A model generated the notes under the pieces. It had not been told where the DNA came from and did no database searches. It was given only the letters and a program-made list of their open reading frames with translations. Source: Naegleria gruberi (taxonomy: Eukaryota). From it: 64,000 nt of DNA. Below are positions 10,712 to 21,132 of the stretch, one piece after another (positions within the stretch are counted from its first letter, which is position 1; the number at the start of each line of letters is the position of its first letter). The DNA lies in NCBI GenBank assembly GCA_000004985.1, contig GG738863.1. One strand, written 5' to 3'. The position numbers were made by a program, and so were the translations under genes.

Positions 10712-12001
10712 ATGTCTCAACACCTGTCATTAAAATATCTACTATTACTTGCATTTTTGCAATTTCTCACACTCCAACTCCTCACCACACATGCCTACAT
10801 TATCAATATTGAAAGTTTTAATCCGACTTATTTACAATTTTGCTTGTCGGATGCCAAAAACTCTTCACAAGTTTTCACAAATGTTCAAATCATGACTTAT
10901 GACTGGGAAACAAATATTGAAAATCCAGTTTTGACATATTATCCAATGCAGAATTATGCTAAAAATTGCTATTATTTGGGAGCTCCCACAAATGCTCATA
11001 TTTTCTTTCTTCCAGCTACTGTAAAGTTTTCCATAAATGGAAATGAACAGGTTGAGTTGAAGAATATAATTTCACAAATGAGTGTTATGAAAATAGATAC
11101 TTCAACTGTTAATCAAACTATTTCTCATGCAAACGAATTGAAAATTCCAATTGCAAATCAAACATTTGCCTATCAAACAGTTGTAACCTATTTCACACCA
11201 AATGCAGGAGCTTGTCAATTGAATCCAATTCCAACTGAATATGCCACCATGTATGCAGCCATTAGAGTTCAGGATTGGTCAACTTCCAGAGTTTGTGGTC
11301 AATGTTTACGTCTATGCAATGCCACTGGTCATTCTGTTGAAGTTTTAGTTACTGACATGTGTCCATTTCCTAATTTATGTACCAGATACAATTGGTTAGA
11401 TATAAGTGATACTGCCTTTAATTATCTGAGTGGAGGAAACTTGGGATGGGGAGTTCAACAATTAACTTGGAGATTTGTCCAATGCACAAAATTCAAATCT
11501 TCAACTCCATCACCAAATATGAGTTTTCTCTTTACTGATTACTCGAGAAATTATGGATTTGAATTACAAGTGAGAAATTTCAATATTGGATTGAAATCTG
11601 TCGATATTCAAAGTAAAGTTCAGGGAAATTGGATTTCATTGAATAGAACTGAGGGAAATACTTGGTTATACACAACTGGAAATGTTATTACATGTCCATG
11701 TAGAGTGAGATTGACATCCATTTCTGGACAGGTTGTTATTGATGAAAATGCAGTCAACCAAGACATTGGATCACTTCCTAAAAAACCAGAATATTTGAAT
11801 ACAACTGTTCAATTTGATAACATTCCAAGTGGATATGAAAGTTCCAATTCATGCATTCCTTCAGTATTCAATCCAATCACTCCAATCACTTCTACCAATC
11901 AACCAAGAGGTTCAAACAGTTCGAGAATGGTAAATGCTTCCTCAACACATTTCATTAATGGATTCATTGCTTTAAGCTGTTTATTATTATTCTTCTTTTA
12001 A
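10712..12001 (+). CDS. expansin-like protein (DPBB + CBM63-like) with signal peptide and C-terminal hydrophobic anchor
   Basis: First ATG gives MSQHLSLKYLLLLAFLQFLTLQLLTTHA (signal-like). Expansin motifs present: GAC, CGQCLRL, VLVTDMCP, GWGVQQLTWRFVQC. The HFD motif is WLD here. A second beta-sandwich-like domain follows. The C-terminal FIALSCLLLFFF is a TM/GPI-like anchor. Confidence 0.65.
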   Translation: MSQHLSLKYLLLLAFLQFLTLQLLTTHAYIINIESFNPTYLQFCLSDAKNSSQVFTNVQIMTYDWETNIENPVLTYYPMQNYAKNCYYLGAPTNAHIFFLPATVKFSINGNEQVELKNIISQMSVMKIDTSTVNQTISHANELKIPIANQTFAYQTVVTYFTPNAGACQLNPIPTEYATMYAAIRVQDWSTSRVCGQCLRLCNATGHSVEVLVTDMCPFPNLCTRYNWLDISDTAFNYLSGGNLGWGVQQLTWRFVQCTKFKSSTPSPNMSFLFTDYSRNYGFELQVRNFNIGLKSVDIQSKVQGNWISLNRTEGNTWLYTTGNVITCPCRVRLTSISGQVVIDENAVNQDIGSLPKKPEYLNTTVQFDNIPSGYESSNSCIPSVFNPITPITSTNQPRGSNSSRMVNASSTHFINGFIALSCLLLFFF

Positions 12002-12109
12002 TATTAACTTTTGAATATTAAACATCATCATTTTCATAATCAAGTAAAGTAAATATTAAATAAAATTAAATTTTTGAAAATAATAAAAAATTCCGTGATC
12101 CGAAAAAAA

Positions 12110-14250
12110 ATGGTTAAAATTCAAACTCTTATCAAGAATCGATTATCGCAATTTTTTAAGCAACTCGCAACGAGTAGTACCATCATTGTTGGTTATTTGA
12201 TCGGATTGAATAAGGTTGATCAACAAAATGATGAGCAAGTTATTCTCAACTTTATGAAGAGTCTTTCAAATTTTGATCAAGATGAATTGGATTTAATGCA
12301 GCAAGTGATTATTCCGAATGGAATGGACATGTTGGGAATTTATATTACTGCTAATAGTGTTGGAAAATTGTTGGGAGAGGCTGCGTTGAGTGATTTGGTT
12401 CAAAATTTGCCTCTATTGATAAGTAAACAATTCAACAAATTGATCGGAAGAGAATTATTAATAATGGTTGGTGGAGCATCATCAATTGATTTGTATAGAG
12501 TGAGTAAGGACAATAATTGTACAATGGAAAGTTTTGAAGAGTTTTCCGAATTGAATATTATTGGAGATAGAGGAGATTTGTCCAATTTAAAGGAAGATCA
12601 ATTATCTTGTGTGATTGCTCGTGTTCATTGCGATTTGAACATTGTCTATCAAGTAGATTCCAGTAACAAGTCAGAAAATGACTCTACAGTAGAGAGCTTT
12701 AAACGTCAAACTGACAGATTTATTCAAACTTTGAAAAAGCCAGAAAATGTAATATTGAAAACTCTTCCAGAACAATCAGAAACAGCCACCCCTTCTCGTA
12801 AGAATAAGAATGCTCAACAAGCATCCAATAATTTGGTAGCCAGTGTGGAGATTCATGACTCTGCAGAGACTCTCTCACAAAATGTGGAAACCATCTTGCC
12901 AGAAAAACTCTCCCTCATCGATCAATCTACACAACATCTCAAAGTTGATGCCAATTTTAACAAGAAGGAAACTACCAAGAATAAGAAGAAAAAGCTCCCA
13001 AAACAAACCCTTGGAGAATTCCTTAAAACTACAGAAAAATTGAACGATGCCTCACAAACCATGACAACCATTTCTAAAATTCTGCACTTGAATTGTTTTG
13101 TCAGCATGGCTCCAAATCAATATAGTACCGAGCAAGGAATTGTCATTTCAACAGACAAAAAACTCACAAATTGTACCATCAGCTTGGAATCTTCATCTTA
13201 TATTCCAGTAAGTGCTTTAAAGAAATCACTCTCCCTTGGAAGAATTCGTGAAATTGTCATTGAAGGATTAATCAAACAACTCGTCTATATTAGTAACAAT
13301 ATTGGAAAGGGATTCCTTGTTACAAGTGTTGGAGCTAACAAGTCTTTAAAGAATATTGGATTTTACCAATTCCTTCCAAAGGATTATCCTCACATTTTCA
13401 CATGTTGCTACCCATTCTACAGTGAAGATCTCGTTTTTGAACAACGAAATGAACAATATTGCATCAAATTGAGAGAGGAATATCACAAGAGACTCTACTT
13501 TTCACTCAAGCAACCATTCATTAGAACTAATCAGGCATTGGCTTTTGGACGCTCTTCCAAATCCAAAGTTAGTGATTTTAACAAGAAGATCTTGAATGTT
13601 CACAATTATGTTGGCTATCCTTCCACAATCAAATCATCAGGAGCCAATAATTTACATCTTGTTCGTGGCGACTATTTATATGCTCACTATTGCCAAGATA
13701 AATTCAATGATGAAGGATGGGGATGTGCCTACAGAAGTCTTCAAACACTTATTTCACATGCTCAATATCATTCTGGTTCTCTCGTTGTCAACTTGCCAAC
13801 CCATGATGAAATTCAAAAGTGTCTAGTAGATTGTGGAGATAAGCAAAGTCCTTCTTGGGCTCTTCTCAATGGATTGGCGCTTTTGAAAATACCATTGTTC
13901 TGGAAAAGTGGTGCGGTATTCAAAGTAAAGTTCTGTATGTAAATAGAGGTGATGAAATGAATTCACATGCAAGAGCCATCGCCAATCACTTTGATGTTAA
14001 TGGTAGTCCAATTATGATAGGAGGTGGTGTTCTTGCATACACCATGTTGGGAATTGAATTTGATGAAATGACTGGAGAGGTATCCTACCTCATTTTGGAT
14101 CCTCATTTCACTGGTAGTATTAGTGACCCAGAATATTTGGAAGATGTCATTTCAGGAGGATGGTGCGGATGGAAGACCAGAGAACAAGTATTCAAAGATA
14201 GTGTCTTTTACAATTTGTGTATGCCTCAATTAACAGCAGATTCTGTTTAA
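12110..14250 (+). CDS. UFSP2: Ufm1-specific protease 2-like (peptidase C78) with N-terminal extension; apparent -1 frameshift near 13855-13859 joins ORF 12074-13942 to ORF 13855-14250
   Basis: C78 catalytic motifs DEGWGCAYRSLQT and, in the next frame, SSQWIGAFENTIVLE...IMIGGGVLAYTMLG...LILDPHFTG...GGWCGWK, collinear with human UFSP2. The junction GDKQSPS/(x)GSSQWIGA aligns to human GDKPSSFVGSRQWIGS only if one base is added in tct-tggg-ctc. Confidence 0.75.
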
Positions 14251-14277
14251 ATAAATCAGTTTACAAAAAATAATTTA

Positions 14278-17038
14278 TTACAATTTCATAAAGTGTTTAC
14301 CTGTGACTGGACAAACGTTCATGTTTTTAGCACAAATATAATGTGTAACGACACCATTAGGATAACAAACAAAGGCACTCATACCTAATTTCTTATTGCA
14401 CACTGCACAAGTTCTATCTGGTTTAACCTTTACAACTCTCTTTCTTTCCTTAATGACTTCTTCGTGAACTTGGAGATTCTCAGATCGATTGATATTTTTC
14501 ATAATTTGAGCACGTCTCTTTTGTTCCGTATGGCACCTCAGAGTTGCTTCAAAGTACTTCATCAAATCAGATATTGGAACATTTTCTGGGAGCAATTTAA
14601 TTGCCTTGATCAAGTCAATCTTTGAAAAGTGACGTTCCAATAATCCAATAGCATCTTCAAAGAATAAATTGTTTTCTGTACTGGCACTTTGCTTTAAAAT
14701 CATATTGAGAAGAATGATAAATATTTCCCTACTTTCTTCACTTCCATCTGGATTATAGTGTTGCTCGCAATATTTCTCAGCCTTATCCATACTTTCCAAT
14801 TTGGTAACATAGATAGTCAGAGCTTGGGAGTGTCTATTAATCTTACTCAACAAAATAGCTCTCTCTTCGTACAGGGAATCGAATGGGAATCTCGAAAGCA
14901 TCTTTTCAGAGTGGTAAAAAGTAGAGTGGGTCAAAAAGTCGTTCATTCTACGCTTGACATCCTTAACTGGTTGAAGGAGTCCAGGAATACTATCTTCCTC
15001 ATAGTTGGATGCTGATGTTGAGTATTTGGTCACATATTCCAAATAGTACAATAAAAGTTGATTGTGAAGGTTTGGATCCACAGATTTTTCAACCTTAATC
15101 AAGTGTTCCAAATAGGCAATCTTCATGGCCAGAGCATGATCAAACAAATCCAAGTGAGATAAAATTTCATTTACACTAATTGGACAATTTGGTACTTGGA
15201 AAATCTTTAAACCACGAAGTGGCTCAGCACTGAGTACCCACTTTGAGAATTCTAAAATGTACTGTTGTCCTTCTCCAACCTGTTGTAATTCCTTCAAATA
15301 GTTAATAGTTGGCATGACACCAATCAAGTCGGTGTAAATAGATGTTGCTGATGACTTGTCTCCCAATAATTTCAACAATTCAAGAGCTCTATCGTGCAAC
15401 CCTTTGGTCTTGTAGAAGAGAACCAACTCTCTAAACTTTTGATGGGAGTGGAGGGTCTTTTGACTGTCCATAATGTTACAATGATTTGGTTGGGTGATAA
15501 AATCTTCAACGTGAGGGTCATTAGTGTATAAAAGTGCCTTCAATAATGCTGTATCAACTGCCTCAGCTTCATCTAGAGCTTGCTCATTCAAATCCTTTTC
15601 TGTTGTTCTTCTGTGAAGCAAGTATTGAATCAGGGCTTGAAGGGCCTTATTTCTTTGTTCAATATCCTTTAAAAAGTGATCAATCTTTCGTTGCTCTTCA
15701 GAAGTGTAAGGGAGGGAGAATTTAAATGAAGATTTTGGTGGTAACAAATCAGGGAAGAGTGAAATAATCATACGTGGATCATCTTTAGTCTTATCAAAAT
15801 GTTCCATTGCCTTGTCAAATTCACCTTTGGCAAACAAGTGAAAACCAAATTGTGTGTGAATGGAACTAACTCTCCAATCTTCAATCTTATATCTGGTATT
15901 CTCTACAGTATTACAGAGATGGAGAGCCAATTCAAATTGTTGATTGGATAAGAGTTCTCCAGCTTGCAAATCAAATTGTTTCATTACCATAACATAGATG
16001 GAACTCTTTGAAGCGAGGAAAATTCTATTTTCTGGATCAATGGTGTCATCTCTGTCGAGTTCATTTCTTACCTTGAATCCAACACCCATACCATGATCCA
16101 TATTTTCTGGATGATCCAAATCAATGAAATTCTGTTGACTTGTTGTAATGATATCCTTGAGTGGAAGACTCTGAATGAAAGTATCCTTTTTCACAGTGGT
16201 ACTCAAAATTCTAACCTCAACAAAAACAGAGAGTGGTGCAATGAGGTATGGTTTCAAATAGCCAATCATGTTTGGAGCTTCACTCCATCCAATACCATGT
16301 GATCGTGAAGGTTTACCAGAAAAGTTGATGGTCACACCAATTCCATTCAAAACCACAATAGTTTCATTGGGAAGTGATAATCCAAGAGTATTTTGTTGTG
16401 AAACACCTGTATCGAAAAGTTTTTGTGGCATGGCAGATGGCTTTAATACATCAATTAATGAATATTCCTTTTTGAAACCAACACAGAGCTTGTCGCCACT
16501 CCAATTCAAAGATTTGGCAGCATCTGGCAGAACCAATTCCTGTTGATATTTAAATTTAGATTCCTTACTACCATATTCAAAGATTGAAATCTTTTTCTTT
16601 GATGCAACTGCCATTGTAAATTCACCATTGTGCTTTTTCAGAGCAAAAAACATGCATCCCTTCAATTGATTTTGCTATCAATTTAATTACACTCAAAATA
16701 TTCCAAATTATTCTTACCTTTAAATTCTTGAGTGTATCAATTTCACTCAACATTCCGAGAGTATATACTTTAATAAATCCATCTGTCAAACAAATCAACA
16801 TTCCCAATTCTGGAACTGAGCACATTTGAGTGATTGGCTTTTTGCTAAATTGTTTCTTTTGACTGTCCAGAGCACAAGTAAACTTTTCCTTGTTTGCCTT
16901 TTTATCATATCGAATATTGTAAAGGGATAAGGTACCATCAGTGGTGGCCACAAAAAGAGTATTGCACCACACACACAATGATTCTACCTTTCCCAATCCA
17001 TCCAATAATTGGAAATATTCAAAGGCTGTATGTCCCAT
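14278..17038 (-). CDS. VPS39: Vps39/Vam6 (HOPS subunit; CNH domain + CHCR + C-terminal zinc-finger-like); exons 16718-17038 and 14278-16659, 58-nt intron 16660-16717
   Basis: Exon 1 encodes the citron-homology N-terminus and ends ...TLKNLK|GTAAGA. Acceptor ttgaag|GGATGC puts exon 2 in phase 0, about 900 aa total. The C-terminus CAVCNKKLGMSAFVCYPNGVVTHYICAKN matches the Vps39/TRAP1-type finger. Confidence 0.8.
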
Positions 17039-17929
17039 TGTTTTAATAAATTATTCTTCTTCCGAATATAAAATCCAACAAATTAATTTCCTATAACTAT
17101 TGTGTCTCTGATCTTGTTCAACAATTCCGTTCTTTCGATCTATCGTATTTGATGCTGATGATAATATTTTCAGAGTTTGATTATTATTATCGTGTGATGA
17201 CCAAGAAGAACGAGAAAAGATTTTTTTATAAAATTAAAATTGAATTTTATTGTTTTAAAAAAAACTAATAAAAGATTTTATTTGTTCCAGCCAACAGAAA
17301 GCTGTTTTTTACCTTCTTCTCATTACTGTTCGTGTCGATTTGATAGCGATTTGATGGATTGTATTTTAATTGATTGTGCCTCTCTTAAAGCGGAGGTAAC
17401 TACTTTCTTCTACAAACTTGTATGTGCGGAGAAGGAAATCCTCGTGCTTCCTCTCTTCATATCTTCATAATAAAAAGTTTATTCTTCAAAATATTTAATA
17501 GATAAGAGATTATCAAAAAATTTGCCAACCAACCACCAGATTCTGTTTGATTAGCAAAATCCGCTTTGCAATTGTTTATTCACTGCGTTTTAAATACGTT
17601 TTCTTCATCATCAGAGAGAGTGGTTTTTAAAAAGTTGTGTGTTTGGTTTAATCAATAGTACAATTCACTAGAACAATAACAACAAATCTTCATCATTAAC
17701 TTCTCTCTAGGTTTTACTTACAATATCAAGTAATATATTAAAGCGCACATCTTATATCTAATAAGGAGAACAACAAGTCTACTACTATTAGAATAATATT
17801 ATTTAAATTATTTACACACCACCATCATAATACAAATTGGTAACAATACGGAAGGATAACAATTTAATTATCATCAACTACCATCATTAATTTAAACAAC
17901 ATCACATCAAAATATAAAAGCGAATAACA

Positions 17930-19009
17930 ATGCTGTCAGATTCTAATTCCTTCATGATGGAAGATCAACAAATGCCTCCTTCTTCGTCATCTTCTTCTGC
18001 TTCTTCTTCCCCTGCTCCTTCCTCTCCACTTTCACCTCATCATACAGCAACTTTTGAAACAAACATGCTTGATGAATATGGAAGCAGTATCAATCACCCT
18101 TCTAAGCCACTTAACACAACAAATACAGCAACAACAACACTAAATAATGCATCCAACAATAATATAGAACACATGAGATCAGCTGGCAATGATGATTCTT
18201 TACCACCTATTGCTTCCATACCACCAAACAATTCAACTTCTCGTGTTGTTAATGTTGGGCCAATTATGAATGCAATTCAAGCTTATAGTGGTAATAATGG
18301 TAATAGTACACTTGTTGATAATGTAAATGTCAGAATATCCTCCGCCTCATCTTCATGTTCAACCATTTCAGATCATTCTATGAATAATACAATGATTAAT
18401 GGACAAGCACCAAAACCACTTAATGATTTTGAAAATGTATTTGCTAGTTTCAAGAAGAGAAATAGAGAACAATACGAAAATAATAATCAATCCTCGTCAT
18501 CATCTGATCCAGTTTCATATATTAGAGATTTGGAAGATAAAATTGATTTTATGGCACAATTAGTCACTATTCAATCTGCCAAAATGAGAAAGATGGAAAT
18601 GAGATTGAAAAAATTGGAAAACTTACTTCCTCAATCAGGGGATGAATTTGTAAATTCAGGCAATCTTCATCGTATGCCACATAGTGATGAGTTATCATCA
18701 ATTAGTGATGATATACCAACATTTTCAGCACCAAAGAAGGAAAAGGGTAATAGACAACCTAATGCCTATAATATTTTCATGAAGGGAGAAATTCAACGTA
18801 TTCGAACAACTCACACAGAATTAACACAAAAACAGGCATTTAAACTTGCTGCCAATAATTGGACTTTGAAGAAATCTGAAATCCTTGGAGCTTCAAATGG
18901 TTCACAGAAAAAACCAGACGACAGAACTAGCACAGTAAGCACACCTAGTGATACTACCATGGCAGATTCACTTTCTGAAACACCACTCAATCAACTTGAC
19001 GAAAAGTAA
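17930..19009 (+). CDS. nuclear protein with C-terminal YABBY-type (HMG-box-like) DNA-binding domain, 359 aa
   Basis: Continuous ATG ORF. S/N-rich low-complexity N-terminal half and a coiled-coil-like segment. C-terminal RQPNAYNIFMKGEIQRIRTTHTELTQKQAFKLAANNWTL closely follows the YABBY domain pattern P-SAYNRFIKEEIQRIK...H-EAF-AAKNW, within the HMG-box-like fold. Confidence 0.6.
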   Translation: MLSDSNSFMMEDQQMPPSSSSSSASSSPAPSSPLSPHHTATFETNMLDEYGSSINHPSKPLNTTNTATTTLNNASNNNIEHMRSAGNDDSLPPIASIPPNNSTSRVVNVGPIMNAIQAYSGNNGNSTLVDNVNVRISSASSSCSTISDHSMNNTMINGQAPKPLNDFENVFASFKKRNREQYENNNQSSSSSDPVSYIRDLEDKIDFMAQLVTIQSAKMRKMEMRLKKLENLLPQSGDEFVNSGNLHRMPHSDELSSISDDIPTFSAPKKEKGNRQPNAYNIFMKGEIQRIRTTHTELTQKQAFKLAANNWTLKKSEILGASNGSQKKPDDRTSTVSTPSDTTMADSLSETPLNQLDEK

Positions 19010-19280
19010 AGATTTAATTTTTCAAATATGATGACCCATTCATCAGATTTACTATTATCAAGAGTTGACCAACCTGGCCATTCAAAATTTCTATTTCTTC
19101 TAGGAAAGGATGTGGATTGCCTCTTGGATTTGATGAGAAAAAGGTCTTTTTAGATTTTTCAAAGAAAAAGAATCTTCACAACTCATGTTTCCTAATACCA
19201 ACAACATTCAATAATTTATTATCATTTTGCAAAACAGAAATATACTTTAACAGATAATAATATGGCATTCGGATCGTGCG

Positions 19281-20097
19281 NNNNNNNNNNNNNNNNNNNN
19301 NNNNNNNNNNNNNNNNNNNNNNNNNNNNNNNNNNNNNNNNNNNNNNNNNNNNNNNNNNNNNNNNNNNNNNNNNNNNNNNNNNNNNNNNNNNNNNNNNNNN
19401 NNNNNNNNNNNNNNNNNNNNNNNNNNNNNNNNNNNNNNNNNNNNNNNNNNNNNNNNNNNNNNNNNNNNNNNNNNNNNNNNNNNNNNNNNNNNNNNNNNNN
19501 NNNNNNNNNNNNNNNNNNNNNNNNNNNNNNNNNNNNNNNNNNNNNNNNNNNNNNNNNNNNNNNNNNNNNNNNNNNNNNNNNNNNNNNNNNNNNNNNNNNN
19601 NNNNNNNNNNNNNNNNNNNNNNNNNNNNNNNNNNNNNNNNNNNNNNNNNNNNNNNNNNNNNNNNNNNNNNNNNNNNNNNNNNNNNNNNNNNNNNNNNNNN
19701 NNNNNNNNNNNNNNNNNNNNNNNNNNNNNNNNNNNNNNNNNNNNNNNNNNNNNNNNNNNNNNNNNNNNNNNNNNNNNNNNNNNNNNNNNNNNNNNNNNNN
19801 NNNNNNNNNNNNNNNNNNNNNNNNNNNNNNNNNNNNNNNNNNNNNNNNNNNNNNNNNNNNNNNNNNNNNNNNNNNNNNNNNNNNNNNNNNNNNNNNNNNN
19901 NNNNNNNNNNNNNNNNNNNNNNNNNNNNNNNNNNNNNNNNNNNNNNNNNNNNNNNNNNNNNNNNNNNNNNNNNNNNNNNNNNNNNNNNNNNNNNNNNNNN
20001 NNNNNNNNNNNNNNNNNNNNNNNNNNNNNNNNNNNNNNNNNNNNNNNNNNNNNNNNNNNNNNNNNNNNNNNNNNNNNNNNNNNNNNNNNNNNNNNNN
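19281..20097. other. assembly gap (817 N)
   Basis: Run of n characters. ORFs reported inside it are artefacts. Confidence 0.99.
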
Positions 20098-20102
20098 ATT
20101 TA

Positions 20103-20783
20103 TTGTGGAATGATTATTTGAATTCTGTTCAACAATTTCAATTGGAACCCAATAATACTCATCATTATCATCCATTGAAAACATTCAAGGCGAGAGTGAA
20201 GAATTTCTCTGGAGTTTTACTTTCCTCTCCAACAATTTCAATGAGTTTCATATATAATCAGGTATTTTGGATTACACCTTATGGAAAGGGTGATTCGTCC
20301 AATAATTTTGAATATTATAGGGAGAGAATTGAGAGAGCTATTTCAAATTTCAATTTGCATGTGTTAAAGTTTTTGGTTGTGCCTGTTTTACGGATATTCC
20401 CTTCACTTCCATTGTATCCACCATTTGGAATACCGTGTGCTCAACCAAAATGCAGAGAACGTTTCCAAAATGATGCTCTACTTTACAAGGGCTACTGGAA
20501 GAGTTCAACATCTATTTCCATTTTGGAAGAGATGAGGAGTGTGAAAATTTTACTGGCCTCCTTTAATCCTGACCAATCTCAATCCACACAGAACGTACCC
20601 ACACTCATTGTATACGGAGAATCTGATAATTTCTTCTCGTGGGACGAAACTAAACATCTCTTCTCCAAACATTTTCAAAATATAACATGGAAATCATATC
20701 CCAATCTTAAACACGACGTTTTCCATGAGGATGTTAAAGAACCAGTGTGCAGAGATTTATACAACCTTGTTGTAAGAAACTGA
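20103..20783 (+). CDS. C-terminal part of a second MGLL-like alpha/beta hydrolase (5' part lies in the gap)
   Basis: The open frame emerges directly from the gap with no ATG. ...LLYKGYWK...VPTLIVYGESDNFFSWDETKHLFSKHF...YPNLKHDVFHE aligns to the MGLL C-terminal half, including the catalytic Asp (GESD) and His (KHDVFHE) positions. Confidence 0.6.
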   Translation: MWNDYLNSVQQFQLEPNNTHHYHPLKTFKARVKNFSGVLLSSPTISMSFIYNQVFWITPYGKGDSSNNFEYYRERIERAISNFNLHVLKFLVVPVLRIFPSLPLYPPFGIPCAQPKCRERFQNDALLYKGYWKSSTSISILEEMRSVKILLASFNPDQSQSTQNVPTLIVYGESDNFFSWDETKHLFSKHFQNITWKSYPNLKHDVFHEDVKEPVCRDLYNLVVRN

Positions 20784-21092
20784 AACTCATTATAATCCTC
20801 AGTAATGATAATGACTGACGACTGATTGGTTTTTATCACACAATTGAATATTAAACCTATTCAATATATTTATACTGTCCTCACTACAGCCACACCTCAA
20901 AATCTGCTTAATTGTTCTTATTTGTGACTCGAATCCACATTTTGAAACTGCAAACTTTGAAACATTTTTTAGATCTACTAGAATCTTTCAACGAACTCTT
21001 TCTGAACATTTAAATGTAACAAAACAGGAAGCTGATCATAATGTAACTTTCCAGTAGTAACGAAAATAATCTTTTTGTTCTTCTCTTCTAGT

Positions 21093-21100
21093 ATAAAAAA
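21093..21100 (+). promoter_or_regulatory. TATA-like element (TATAAAAAA) upstream of the FAD-oxidase gene
   Basis: gtataaaaaa lies 33 nt upstream of the first in-frame ATG (21133) of the downstream ORF. Positional inference only. Confidence 0.3.
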
Positions 21101-21132
21101 CGCGGTCGGTTCCATTGTGTGAAAAAACTTGT

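Noticed and set aside
19222-20184. Long ORFs of X residues on both strands (19222-20184, 19262-20113, 19276-20121) and likewise 25715-26410 / 25717-26400
   Set aside because: They are translations of N-run scaffold gaps, not sequence.
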